DNA of 64,000 nt from Spirochaetia bacterium (GTDB lineage: Bacteria > Spirochaetota > Spirochaetia > Treponematales > UBA12059), in contig JAVEXO010000002.1 of NCBI GenBank assembly GCA_034003955.1, positions 44,060 through 108,059 on the forward strand, written 5' to 3'. The notes beneath the pieces were generated by a model. That model searched no databases. It saw nothing but the letters and a program-made list of their open reading frames with translations, and had not been told where the DNA came from. How positions within the stretch are numbered: position 1 is the stretch's first letter; each line of letters opens with the position of its first letter. The position numbers and the translations under genes are program-made. This document shows, in pieces, positions 1 to 9,447 of the stretch.

Positions 1-1059
1 TACGTATGGCATCCGATGGTAAGGCACCCGGCGTCAGAACCATGTCGTAGATGCTCTTGTTAACGGCAGCCGCGGCGGCAATGTCTGAGGGACTAGCGCC
101 CATTGCCGCTAAGATATCGGCTGACTGATCCAGTAATATCTCGTAACCGGAGACGCCTGGAGCCGCCAGCAGTACCAGTGCGTATACGCCACCAAGTGCA
201 TTCTCGGCGGCTGGCGCGATATATCCGCCTTCGCTGTGACCGCATAGACCGACGCGTTTAGGGTCAATGTGTGGGTCGGCTAGGGCAAAACGGTAGGCCC
301 CCAGGGCATCACGGACAAAATCGGCCGATGTGGCACCGGCAAACACTCCGCCTGACTCTCCGACCCCCCTGTCATCGTAGCGCAGGCTGGCCCAACCTTT
401 TGCGGCTAAAGCCTCCGCTATGTCCCTAAATGGACGTATTCCATATATGCTCTCGTCGCGATCCTGAGGCCCTGAGCCGCTTATCAGTATCAGGCAAGGA
501 AACGGACCCTGTCCTTCGGGCAGCCGTAGCGTGCCGGCCAGCTCGACTCCTATCTGGTCGCTTTTGAATGTCACAGCCAGGCCTTCGTAGCCAGATTTAA
601 GACCTTCAGACTCGTTGGCTCCATTCAGGCTTGCTACATCGACCCGTTCCAGGCTCAGAGGGAACGACCTCCCACCCTGCTTCCATGTGGCGTCTAAGGT
701 ATCAGACTCTCCTAAACGAGCCTCCATGGATGCTCCAAAGGATGCAAACTCGACGACGAGCAGGCCCCGCTCATAGCTCAGTGAGCTTGCCTTGAAATCC
801 TTAAGGTTCTGGGCAGGTACATCGAGGTAGGCATCGAGTGGAGTCACCTTCAGGCTCATATCTAGATCCTGGACTCCGGCTGACAGCCTCCCCTTCCATA
901 TGCCAACAAACTCCTCCTGCAAGGCCATTTTGTTACTCTGTGTTGTTTCTATAGGAATTTTTTGTCTATCTGCATGTGCTGGCTTATTGCCTGCGCATCC
1001 TGCGGATAGTGCTATGAGCAGCACTATAGTCAGGCTCGTGAAGCTACTGTTGTTTTTCA
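1..1059 (-). CDS. alpha/beta hydrolase lipoprotein (partial, C-terminus outside window)
   Basis: It is absent from the ORF track because it runs off the window. Hand translation from the ATG at 1059-1057 gives MKNNSSFTSLTIVLLIALSAGCAGNK (lipobox LSAGC) and stays open to nt 1. It contains a GHSEGG nucleophile elbow (GxSxG). AAGGAG lies 9 nt upstream of the ATG. Confidence 0.8.
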
Positions 1060-1125
1060 TATGATCCATCTCCTTCTATGTTCACTGATGGTACTGTCCA
1101 GGTGATGATTCGTAAATATTTGTTT

Positions 1126-1154
1126 ATTGTATACCAATAATCAGTAACCATACA
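1126..1154. promoter_or_regulatory. inverted repeat TTGTAT-N17-ATACAA, candidate GntR-type operator
   Basis: TTGTAT is at 1126-1131 and ATACAA at 1149-1154, in the divergent intergenic region just upstream of the -35 of the GntR gene. The same half-sites recur at 1909-1927 and 1973-1978. Confidence 0.35.
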
Positions 1155-1160
1155 AATACC

Positions 1161-1189
1161 TTTGACATAACTGATATATCAAATTAACA
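1161..1189 (+). promoter_or_regulatory. sigma70-like promoter (TTGACA-N17-TAACAT) for the GntR regulator
   Basis: The -35 TTGACA is at 1161-1166, followed by a 17-nt spacer and a -10 TAACAT at 1184-1189. The ATG at 1196 is 6 nt after the -10, and there is no SD. Confidence 0.45.
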
Positions 1190-1195
1190 TCAGCT

Positions 1196-1900
1196 ATGCA
1201 TGGTAATAATGATCTGGCGGAAGTTTTGTCTTCTACGCTAAGAGAACGTGTCTATGAATATCTTAAACAGCGATTGAATAACGGTGATCTTAAACCTGGC
1301 GCCTTCCTAGATCTGCATGCCATTGGTAAGGAATTAGGTTATTCACGAACCCCCCTGAGGGATGCCTTGCTGCGGCTTGAGGCAGAGGGCTTTGTAACCA
1401 TTCACGCACGGCGTGGCGTGCTCATCAATACGCTAGAAATACAGACAATACGAAATTCATACCAGATTGTAGGTTCGCTGGAGGCAGCGGCTATTCTGGA
1501 AGCCTCTACTACTTTTACAGAAGACTATGCCAGGCATATGTTGGAACTCAACGACGACATGGCCGACTTTCTTTCAAAAGAAAACTTCGATGCGTATTAT
1601 CGCGCCAATCTAGCATTCCATGCTGTCTATGTTTCGTTGAGCAGAAACATAGAGCTTAAGCGAATCATACGTATCCATAAAGACAGGCTCTATGATTTTC
1701 CAAGGAAAGAAGGATATCTACGCCAGTGGGAAACAGAGAGTCTAAAGGAGCATGATACGCTTGCAAGACTCCTTTTAGCAAAGAATTACATGGAGGCTGC
1801 TGTATATACCAGGGATGTGCATTGGTCGTTTACAGTCCAGGAACGATTCATAATGTCATACTACTTTGCAAGGGAAGCAGCACTCGGGCCCGTCCATTAA
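1196..1900 (+). CDS. GntR family transcriptional regulator (FadR/FCD-type C-terminal domain)
   Basis: It has an N-terminal winged-HTH segment (LGYSRTPLRDALLRLEAEGFV) typical of GntR and an all-helical C-terminal half. Length is 234 aa. Confidence 0.9.
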   Translation: MHGNNDLAEVLSSTLRERVYEYLKQRLNNGDLKPGAFLDLHAIGKELGYSRTPLRDALLRLEAEGFVTIHARRGVLINTLEIQTIRNSYQIVGSLEAAAILEASTTFTEDYARHMLELNDDMADFLSKENFDAYYRANLAFHAVYVSLSRNIELKRIIRIHKDRLYDFPRKEGYLRQWETESLKEHDTLARLLLAKNYMEAAVYTRDVHWSFTVQERFIMSYYFAREAALGPVH

Positions 1901-1908
1901 CATCGCTA

Positions 1909-1927
1909 TGTATACTAGTAGATACAA
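1909..1927. promoter_or_regulatory. palindrome TGTAT-N8-ATACA(A) upstream of the glycyl-radical enzyme gene, candidate GntR operator
   Basis: The sequence is atgtatactagtagatacaa, with an extra ATACAA half-site at 1973-1978. It lies between the regulator stop (1900) and the GRE start (2001). Confidence 0.4.
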
Positions 1928-2000
1928 ATAGTTAGGCGCGGATTTTTAATTTCTAAAATATTTAACTTTTCTATACAAGCAGAGGTTAGGAGGCGGTGTT

Positions 2001-4370
2001 ATGACAGAACGAATTGGCAGACTGAGGGCGCAAAGTGCCGATGCCAGACCACGCGTAGATCCAAGCCGCGCCATCATTGTTACAGAAAGCTACAAGTCTT
2101 TCCCCCCTAGCCTCCCCGCTCCACTCTGCAGGGCACAAACATTTATGGCATTATGCGAACAAAAGCCAATCTACCTTGGCGACGATGACCTCATAGTTGG
2201 GGAACGCGGTAGCGGACCAAAGCTGACATCAACCTTTCCTGAGCTTACCTGTCACAGCGTTGAAGACCTGGAGACGCTGCGCTCACGTCCCATGACAGGC
2301 TACGATGTTGATGACAGCACCATAGAGCTGTACCGGAATACCGTTATTCCCTACTGGAGGGGACGATGCATTCGTGATAGGGCATTCTCCTCGATGCCGC
2401 CACAATGGATGGCTCTGTATGAAGCCGGCGTCTTCACCGAGTTCATGGAACAACGCGCGGCAGGACACACGGCATTGGATGGCCTTTTATATAAAAAAGG
2501 CCTCTTTTCTAGGCGAGAGGACATAGCCGCCTCAATGACTCGACTCAAACCAGACGACCCTCGACTCGACGAAAAAGTAATTGAGCTCGAGGCCATGGAT
2601 ATTTCATGTCTTGCAGCCATACGCTTCTCGGAGCGTCATGCCGAGCTAGCCGAAGATATGGCACGCAACATGAACAAGCCAGAGCGCCGCTCTGAACTAT
2701 TAGACATAGCAGCCGTATGCAGGCGGGTTCCAGCGCAGGCACCACAAACCTTTCACGAGGCTCTGCAAGCCTACTGGTTTGTGCATCTGGGAACGGTAAC
2801 AGAACTCAATGGCTGGGATGCCATGAGCCCGGGTCACCTCGATCAGCACCTGGCGCCATTCTACAAACGTGATGTGGCATCGGGACGACTGACACGGGAG
2901 CGAGCCAAGGAGCTCCTTGCAGCCTTCTGGATAAAGGTCAATAACACACCGGCTCCACCCAAGGTAGGAGTGACGGCGGCTGAGTCTGGAACCTATAATG
3001 ATTTTACAAACATCAATCTTGGCGGCCTCCTGCCCGATGGCCGAGACGGTTCGGGTGAAGTAAGTCTTCTTATACTCGAGGTCATGGATGAACTACGGCT
3101 ACTCCAGCCCCAGGCTAATCTCCAGGTTTCATCATGCACACCCGACCGAATTCTTGAGGCAGCCTGCAAGGTAGTACGCCAGGGCATGGGTTACCCCTCC
3201 CTCTTCAATGCCGACGAGGTAACCCTGTCCCAGGTCTGTTCAGGCAAGAGCCTGCGAGACGCACGGGAAGGTGGTACGAGCGGCTGCATAGAGATAGGTT
3301 GCTTTGGCAAGGAAGCCTATCTCCTGCATGGCTATTTAAACGGCCCCAAGGCACTTGAACTTGCCTTGAACGACGGCATAGACGCAATGACAGGCAAGCG
3401 TGTCGGCCCGGCAAGCGGCAAGGCAGTATCATTTGAAACACTAGAAGATGTGCTCAGTGCCTTGGAGACGCAACTGACATACGCCGTAGACTGGAAGGTT
3501 CGCGTCGACGGAGAACTAGACGAGCTGTATGGCGCAAACACCCCTGCCCCCTTCCTCTCCCTGTATATAGCCGACTGTGTGGATAGAGGACTCGACTACT
3601 ATAGAGGCGGCGCTCGCTACAACACCGACTATATACAATGTGTCGGGCTGGGCACGCTTGCAGACTCCTTGTCCCTCATGCAGACCCATATTTTTGGTTC
3701 TGGCGCGGCCAGCATGCCTCAATTACTGGCAGCTCTGGGCTGCAACTGGAAGGGACACGAGCATTTGCGTGCTCTGGCCATGAACAAGACAGCCTTGTTT
3801 GGTAATGATGACGAAGGTGCGGACGCTCTGGCGAAACGCGTATTCGACACATTCATACGCATAGTAGAAGGAGATTCGACACCAAGGCTAGCGAGGCGAG
3901 GATCTCCGTACAAGGCCAACTTCCTGTCCACTACATGCCATGTCTACTTTGGCGGCAAGACGGGAGCCAGCCCAGACGGAAGACGTGCAGGCGAACCTTT
4001 GTCAGATGGCACGAGCCCCTCTCATGGAGCCGACAAGAACGGGCCTACGGCGGTCATGAACAGTCTTTCAAAACTAGACCAGGCCAGGACCGGTGGCACC
4101 CTCCTCAATCTTCGCTTCTCACCGAGCGCTCTTTCTGGAGAAAATGGGCCTAAGAAGCTAGCTACACTTATTAGAGGCTACTTCAAGCAGGGTGGCCATC
4201 ATGTGCAATTCAATGTCGTGGATGAAAAAACCCTGCGTTCTGCCAAGGAGAGGCCCGATGAATACAGGAACCTGCTTGTACGCGTCGCCGGTTATTCAGA
4301 CTACTTCGTCGATCTTGATGCTCGTCACCAGGACGAGATCATAGCAAGGACGGCTCACGGTAGCGCCTGA
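2001..4370 (+). CDS. glycyl radical enzyme, PFL2/glycerol-dehydratase (1,2-eliminase) class, substrate unknown
   Basis: Length is 789 aa. It has the C-terminal glycyl-radical motif RVAGYSDYF (Gly764, nt 4290-4292) and the Cys loop GTSGCIEIG (Cys429-x-Glu431, nt 3285). A GGAGG SD precedes the ATG. Confidence 0.93.
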   Translation: MTERIGRLRAQSADARPRVDPSRAIIVTESYKSFPPSLPAPLCRAQTFMALCEQKPIYLGDDDLIVGERGSGPKLTSTFPELTCHSVEDLETLRSRPMTGYDVDDSTIELYRNTVIPYWRGRCIRDRAFSSMPPQWMALYEAGVFTEFMEQRAAGHTALDGLLYKKGLFSRREDIAASMTRLKPDDPRLDEKVIELEAMDISCLAAIRFSERHAELAEDMARNMNKPERRSELLDIAAVCRRVPAQAPQTFHEALQAYWFVHLGTVTELNGWDAMSPGHLDQHLAPFYKRDVASGRLTRERAKELLAAFWIKVNNTPAPPKVGVTAAESGTYNDFTNINLGGLLPDGRDGSGEVSLLILEVMDELRLLQPQANLQVSSCTPDRILEAACKVVRQGMGYPSLFNADEVTLSQVCSGKSLRDAREGGTSGCIEIGCFGKEAYLLHGYLNGPKALELALNDGIDAMTGKRVGPASGKAVSFETLEDVLSALETQLTYAVDWKVRVDGELDELYGANTPAPFLSLYIADCVDRGLDYYRGGARYNTDYIQCVGLGTLADSLSLMQTHIFGSGAASMPQLLAALGCNWKGHEHLRALAMNKTALFGNDDEGADALAKRVFDTFIRIVEGDSTPRLARRGSPYKANFLSTTCHVYFGGKTGASPDGRRAGEPLSDGTSPSHGADKNGPTAVMNSLSKLDQARTGGTLLNLRFSPSALSGENGPKKLATLIRGYFKQGGHHVQFNVVDEKTLRSAKERPDEYRNLLVRVAGYSDYFVDLDARHQDEIIARTAHGSA

Positions 4371-4393
4371 GCTGCAGGGCACCATCGAGGGCA

Positions 4394-4762
4394 CTAAAGA
4401 GGCAAGGCGGCTACTATACGAGCCGCCTTATGCCAAGCCTCGGAGGCGGCTCGTAGACGCTCTGCCTTGGCTTCATCCTTTGCATGCTTCGCTAGCCTTG
4501 ATAGCCTTGAGGCTATGCGTTTGGCCACGCGCTGACCCGAGTCTGGGCCGATAGAGATGAGCCCGTCAACGGAGACGAGCGGATATGGATTGGATAGCTG
4601 CATAGTGCTAGCCTTGGTCATCAGCACCGCCAGCAGCGCTCCAGTAGACCTCATTTTCTCTTCATATTCAGCACGGCTTGACTCGGAGTACTTCAGGAAA
4701 GCATGCTCACGAAGGAGGCGCGATAGACCGGCTAGCTCCGAGGCAATTTCCTTCCTTGTCAT
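4394..4762 (-). CDS. hypothetical protein (122 aa, basic/helical)
   Basis: Its start overlaps the tyrS stop in an ATGA arrangement (4759-4762), which suggests translational coupling. No motif was recognised. Confidence 0.5.
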   Translation of the reverse strand: MTRKEIASELAGLSRLLREHAFLKYSESSRAEYEEKMRSTGALLAVLMTKASTMQLSNPYPLVSVDGLISIGPDSGQRVAKRIASRLSRLAKHAKDEAKAERLRAASEAWHKAARIVAALPL

Positions 4763-5997
4763 GTCTTGACGACAGTGGCTATGATCCTGGCGAAGCGCTT
4801 CTTGCCAGCACGCAAGACTATCTCGCCATCAGCATCGAGCCTATCGGCCCCTACACTGGCCTTCTCGTCCTGCCAGTTCGAGTCTCCTACAACGGCCCCG
4901 CCTTGCTGAACCAATCGCCTGGCCTCGCTCTTGCTTGGTGCAAGCCCTGCATCTACAAACAGGTCGAGTACCGGATAGCCCGAGTCGAAACGATCGCGAG
5001 AAAGCCTTATTGTTGGCATGGCTGTCCTGTCACCGCCACCACCGAAGGCTGCCTTTGCGCCTGACAGGGCCTTTTCAGCCTCTGCATTGCCATGGATTAT
5101 GGCCGTCACCTCGAAGGCTAGCCTTTCCTTGGCATCGTTTATGTTGGCCCCGGACTCTACCAAGGCATGACACTCGGCTGCCTGCATGAAGGTAAACATG
5201 AGGAGAAATTTGAGCACGTCGCTGTCAGAGACATTGCGCCAGTACTGGAAGAAATCATAGGGACTGGTCATGGCCGGGTCGAGGAAGAGGGCACCCTTCT
5301 CTGTCTTGCCCATCTTCTTGCCATCAGAAGTCATTACCAAGGGGAATGTAAGACCAAAAGCCTCAACACCTTCTACTCGTCGTATAAGTTCCATCCCGGC
5401 GACTATATTGCCCCACTGGTCGTCTCCGCCTATCTGGAGCCTGCAACCGTGGCGCTTGAAAAGCTGGAGGAAGTCATAGCTCTGCAGGAGCTGGTAGTTG
5501 AATTCTATGAATGACAAGCCCGTCTCCAGACGTGTCTTGTATGCCTCGAAGGTGAGCATTCTGTTTACAGAGAAGTGGCTGCCTATGTCGCGAAGGAATT
5601 CTATGTAGTTTAGGTTTGCAAGCCAGTCTTTGTTGTTGGCAGAGAAACTAGTTGTATCGTCGAAACCTACAAACCTGTCTAGTTGTTTACGGAACAGCTC
5701 TGCGTTTGCGTCTATGGCCTCGTAGGATATCATCTTGCGCATATCACTCCTGCCTGAGGGGTCACCTATCCTGGCCGTGCCACCGCCAAGCAGTGCGATG
5801 CCGATGTTGCCGGCGTCCCGCATGTGTCTAAGGGCGAAGAATGGTACCATGTGGCCTATGTGGAGGGATGGACCGGTAGGATCGCAGCCTACATAGAAGG
5901 TAACGGGGCCAGAATCCATGAGGGCAGACAAGCCTTCTATGTCGGTGCATTGCTGGACGAAGCCGCGTTCCTTAAGGGTTTCCAAAGCTGGATTCAT
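4759..5997 (-). CDS. tyrS: tyrosine--tRNA ligase
   Basis: It has the class I HIGH motif (LHIGHMVPF), a KMSKS-type KMGKT motif and a C-terminal S4-like domain. The start was trimmed to MNPALETLKERGF at 5997, with a GGAGGAAT SD upstream. Confidence 0.95.
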   Translation of the reverse strand: MNPALETLKERGFVQQCTDIEGLSALMDSGPVTFYVGCDPTGPSLHIGHMVPFFALRHMRDAGNIGIALLGGGTARIGDPSGRSDMRKMISYEAIDANAELFRKQLDRFVGFDDTTSFSANNKDWLANLNYIEFLRDIGSHFSVNRMLTFEAYKTRLETGLSFIEFNYQLLQSYDFLQLFKRHGCRLQIGGDDQWGNIVAGMELIRRVEGVEAFGLTFPLVMTSDGKKMGKTEKGALFLDPAMTSPYDFFQYWRNVSDSDVLKFLLMFTFMQAAECHALVESGANINDAKERLAFEVTAIIHGNAEAEKALSGAKAAFGGGGDRTAMPTIRLSRDRFDSGYPVLDLFVDAGLAPSKSEARRLVQQGGAVVGDSNWQDEKASVGADRLDADGEIVLRAGKKRFARIIATVVKT

Positions 5998-6164
5998 GCC
6001 ATTCCTCCGTAGTCGATAGACACATGGTGATCTCTGGATTATATCGACCACAGGGAGGTATGGGCAAGGTACAGAGGACTATCCCCATAAACGAGCCTTG
6101 CCTAAATCCTTCAAGGCCATTAGCATCGATTCGTGGCACCACGGAAAAGCTATGGAGGCTGTAT

Positions 6165-7145
6165 ATGGCTACCAAGATTGAAAACCTGGCTCGTATACTC
6201 AAAGAGGCACGCGGCAAGGTGTTTATCCAGCCACATGATGTGCCTGATCCAGATGCCATAGCCTCCGCCTTCGGCCTTCGCTACCTTCTGTCACGATTTG
6301 GCATAGAAACAAGCGTAATCTACGAGAGGGACTACGAAAAAATAGACGCAAGGCGTATGGTTGAACTCCTTGATATAGAGTTATCACTGGCATCTGAAGT
6401 GGCATCCATAGGCACACAAGACTGGCTCGTCATAGTCGACGGCCAGAAGGGCAATGCCAATATAGTAGATCTTGGATGCACCGAGATAGCGGCCATAGAC
6501 CATCACGCGCTCCGCACCGATGCATCCTATCGCTTCTCAGACATCAGGCCTCAGGTGGGATCATGCTCATCAATAATAGCCGAGTATTTCTTTGAGGCAG
6601 AGGAGGCTCCTCCCCGTCTCGTGGCTACGGCCCTCATGTATGGTCTGTTTGTAGATACCGACAACCTTACGAGGGGCATATCGGAGCTGGATGCCTTCAT
6701 GTTCTACCGTTTGCGGCCATTCTCCGATCCTGATATCGTTCGTCGTCTGCGAGGCAGCCAGCTAACCGTACGAGACCTGGCCATGTACGCAGAAGCATTC
6801 CGCAATGTCGAGGTCTATGGGAGGCTTGGTTTCCTGCGGTTGATGGAAGCAGACGACTCCTTAGTCGGCGCGGCTAACGATATTCTACTGTCCCTGGACG
6901 AGGTGGATGTCGCCATAGCCTTTTCTGTACGGGCGCTTGGAGTCAAGATATCGGTCAGAAGCCTGGTAGGAGATATACGGGCAGACACACTTGCCAAGGC
7001 TCTGGTTCTAGGCTTGGGTTTCGGAGGCGGGCATGCCCACATGGCCGGAGGATTCATCCCCAGCGATGCCATAGATCCAGGCAAATCAATAGATACCCTC
7101 ATAAAACACAGGGCGATTTCTTGTCTTGAGGGTTTGGGGTATTGA
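6165..7145 (+). CDS. DHH family phosphoesterase (NrnA-like, DHH-DHHA1)
   Basis: It has DHH motifs (HDVPDPDAIASA, DGQKGN, AAIDHH) and a DHHA1 GGGHAHMAGG motif. The start was trimmed to the ATG at 6165, preceded by GGAGG. Confidence 0.85.
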   Translation: MATKIENLARILKEARGKVFIQPHDVPDPDAIASAFGLRYLLSRFGIETSVIYERDYEKIDARRMVELLDIELSLASEVASIGTQDWLVIVDGQKGNANIVDLGCTEIAAIDHHALRTDASYRFSDIRPQVGSCSSIIAEYFFEAEEAPPRLVATALMYGLFVDTDNLTRGISELDAFMFYRLRPFSDPDIVRRLRGSQLTVRDLAMYAEAFRNVEVYGRLGFLRLMEADDSLVGAANDILLSLDEVDVAIAFSVRALGVKISVRSLVGDIRADTLAKALVLGLGFGGGHAHMAGGFIPSDAIDPGKSIDTLIKHRAISCLEGLGY

Positions 7146-7212
7146 TGGCTAGTCCTGGAATTATCATGCCGCTTTTACTGGGAATATCCTGGCTGTAGTT
7201 GCGTTGTCTTGC

Positions 7213-8355
7213 CTAATGCATCGATGCTCTCAAGAGCGTGGCACGGCCTAAAAGCCCTGCCCTGAACAGCTTGCAACAGTTGCGGCCACTAGACTTTGCC
7301 GCATAGAGTGCCTTGTCCGCATTATCTATAATCTGTTTGGCGTCTACGCGCGCATCGAGCATGCATGAGCCTATACTGACCGTTATTGACAGCGATTGTC
7401 CGGCGTATTGGATGCTCATGCTTTCGATGCTTTGGCGTATGCGTTCGGCTAGCTCTATGGCAGAAGCCTCGTTGCAATCCACAGCAAGCACACAGAATTC
7501 CTCCCCCCCGAAGCGGGATACCGAATCGCCAATCCTCGTCGCCTGTTTAAGCGCTTCGGCAAGCGTCTCAAGAGCAACGTCTCCCGCCATGTGACCATGG
7601 AGGTCGTTGAACCACTTGAAATGATCGACATCGAGCATAAACACACAGGCCTGTGTCCCCTGGCGACCACTTCTAGCGAGTTCTTCATTAAGCCTACGGA
7701 CGAAATAGTCGTGATTATACAGGCCAGTCTTTGGGTCGGTAATGGAACTCTGATGGTGGAAGCTGTTCTGGATGCCTACCGATAAGAACCGGCTTAATCT
7801 ATCAAGATACATCCTCTCCAGCTCGGAATACTCGTTGCCTACCACCTTGCTGCCAAGGACCACAATGCCATAGAGGCCACTGATTCCTCTCATTGGAAAG
7901 ACAATTTCAGGGGAGAAGCGGTCGAGCTCCTTATACTCCCCTGTTTCATTCTTTATCGTTTCAAACTGTGCGGTAAAAGGCTTTGACAGGAAGTGTTGCT
8001 TGATGCGTCTATAGCATTCTATCGGTATTGTTTCATCGCAAAGCCTCAGGTTCCTGTAGCAGTACTGGTTGAGCCTTGTGCCGCGGGGCGGCTCCATGAC
8101 GAAGGCAAGGAATTCTGGAACGAAGCGTTCCAATATCTTGTCTATTACAAAATCGAGCATCATGCTCACATCTGGTAATGCGACCAAGGCGGCGGCGTCG
8201 CTTATAAGCCTATCAAGTTCCTTGTTCTCTTTTCGAAGATTCTCAAGGTTTTCAAGCGCACCTAACTGGTTGAGTCTATTGTACTGTGAAAGTATGTCGG
8301 AGCCATGTTTGACCGCCAAGGCCGCTTCTTTATTCACGAATACATGATACTCCAT
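7213..8355 (-). CDS. diguanylate cyclase (GGDEF) with uncharacterised N-terminal sensor region
   Basis: It has a GGEEF active site (SRFGGEEFCVL) and an RxxD I-site (RIGD) five residues upstream. GTP-binding segments FMLDVDHFKWFND are present. Confidence 0.9.
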   Translation of the reverse strand: MEYHVFVNKEAALAVKHGSDILSQYNRLNQLGALENLENLRKENKELDRLISDAAALVALPDVSMMLDFVIDKILERFVPEFLAFVMEPPRGTRLNQYCYRNLRLCDETIPIECYRRIKQHFLSKPFTAQFETIKNETGEYKELDRFSPEIVFPMRGISGLYGIVVLGSKVVGNEYSELERMYLDRLSRFLSVGIQNSFHHQSSITDPKTGLYNHDYFVRRLNEELARSGRQGTQACVFMLDVDHFKWFNDLHGHMAGDVALETLAEALKQATRIGDSVSRFGGEEFCVLAVDCNEASAIELAERIRQSIESMSIQYAGQSLSITVSIGSCMLDARVDAKQIIDNADKALYAAKSSGRNCCKLFRAGLLGRATLLRASMH

Positions 8356-8475
8356 TAAGGTTCATTTTGTCTGCCGTAAATTTTTAATTATATCAAGATG
8401 CTCCTATTGAACGAAAAACATTGACGGTATACTTCTAGTATCAATAACCTATAGATAAAACTATAAGGAGATATC

Positions 8476-8961
8476 ATGGTTGAATCACTATACGATCAGA
8501 AGGCTATGCTAAACAATGGAGAAGAGATTGAACTGAGCCAGTACAAGGGAAAGGTTCTACTCATCGTTAATACAGCCAGCAAATGTGGGTTTACCCCCCA
8601 TTATGAGGGTCTCGAGGCTCTGCACAAGAAATATGCAGAACAGGGGCTCGTCGTCTTAGGCTTTCCATGTGACCAGTTTGGACATCAGGAACCTGGTGAT
8701 GATGAAGAAATTGCCACATTCTGCCAGCGTAATTTTGGTGTCACCTTTCCTCTCATGGCAAAGGTCAAGGTTAACGGCAAGGGAGCCGACCCGATATTCG
8801 TCATGCTGCGCAAGAAGGCTCGCGGTGCCATCAGCAATACAATCAAGTGGAATTTTACGAAATTCCTCGTATCGCGTGATGGTGAGCATATAAAACGTTA
8901 TGCATCGACGGTAGAACCAGCCAGCCTCGAGAGCGATATACTAAAGGCTTTAGGATCATAA
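8476..8961 (+). CDS. glutathione peroxidase (Cys-type)
   Basis: GPx signatures are present: NTASKCGFT (the Cys codon is TGT, not TGA), LGFPCDQFGHQEPG and WNFTKFLV. An AAGGAG SD is present. Confidence 0.92.
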   Translation: MVESLYDQKAMLNNGEEIELSQYKGKVLLIVNTASKCGFTPHYEGLEALHKKYAEQGLVVLGFPCDQFGHQEPGDDEEIATFCQRNFGVTFPLMAKVKVNGKGADPIFVMLRKKARGAISNTIKWNFTKFLVSRDGEHIKRYASTVEPASLESDILKALGS

Positions 8962-8967
8962 GAGAAT

Positions 8968-9426
8968 TTAGCCCAAGGCTTGCTGCTCGAGAATAATAGA
9001 CTCGATCAGCTGGGCCGAGCGGGCTATTATCTTGTCACAGACAGATGTACCTAATCCTTTTGCCTTGAGCTCTGAGCGTCCTTCGTCTGTGCTTATGTCT
9101 ACACCGAGAAGGGATCGGCAATCACTGCTTCCGAATTCCTTCTCTATGGTAGCCACGAAGGCGTTGACCAGCTCGTAGCAACGTTCCTTGGCCTTCTGAT
9201 CCGCTCCACATTCGTTGCCAAGGGTAGCGCCAATGGCCATGGCGCCTCCAGTAATGGCGCCGCATACAAGCTGGCGCCGGCCAAAGCCAGCTCCCAGACA
9301 TGTACACAGGCTATGGGCCAGGCAAAAATCAAAACCGTTTGTATCAGCGAACGCACACAATACGCACTGGGCGCAGTTAGAACCGGCAGCGTGCAAGGCC
9401 AAGGCCTTCTCTTGTATGGTACTCAT
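8968..9426 (-). CDS. C_GCAxxG_C_C family redox protein
   Basis: It has NCAQCVLCAF and CGAITGGAMAIG motifs plus C-terminal Cys residues characteristic of the family. Confidence 0.8.
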   Translation of the reverse strand: MSTIQEKALALHAAGSNCAQCVLCAFADTNGFDFCLAHSLCTCLGAGFGRRQLVCGAITGGAMAIGATLGNECGADQKAKERCYELVNAFVATIEKEFGSSDCRSLLGVDISTDEGRSELKAKGLGTSVCDKIIARSAQLIESIILEQQALG

Positions 9427-9447
9427 GAGAACCAGTATACAGGAAGA

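Noticed and set aside
6024-6164. Long N-terminal extensions appear in the ORF track here and at 5998-6051, 12591-12722, 20612-20641, 30563-30712, 34131-34211, 38804-38899, 43134-43268, 52121-52156, 54063-54089, 58102-58191, 59261-59287 and 61683-61709.
   Set aside because: Internal starts are preceded by GGAGG/AAGGAG at proper spacing and/or begin exactly at the conserved N-terminus, signal peptide or lipobox. The extensions overlap neighbouring genes or promoters.
5998-6164. A possible T-box leader upstream of tyrS was considered.
   Set aside because: Only 167 nt are shared with a divergent gene, the SD is directly adjacent, and no T-box sequence (AAUUAGGGUGGUACCGCG-like) or terminator/antiterminator was seen.
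8581-8592. A possible selenocysteine was considered in the glutathione peroxidase active site.
   Set aside because: The active-site codon is TGT (Cys) in AGC AAA TGT GGG. There is no in-frame TGA.
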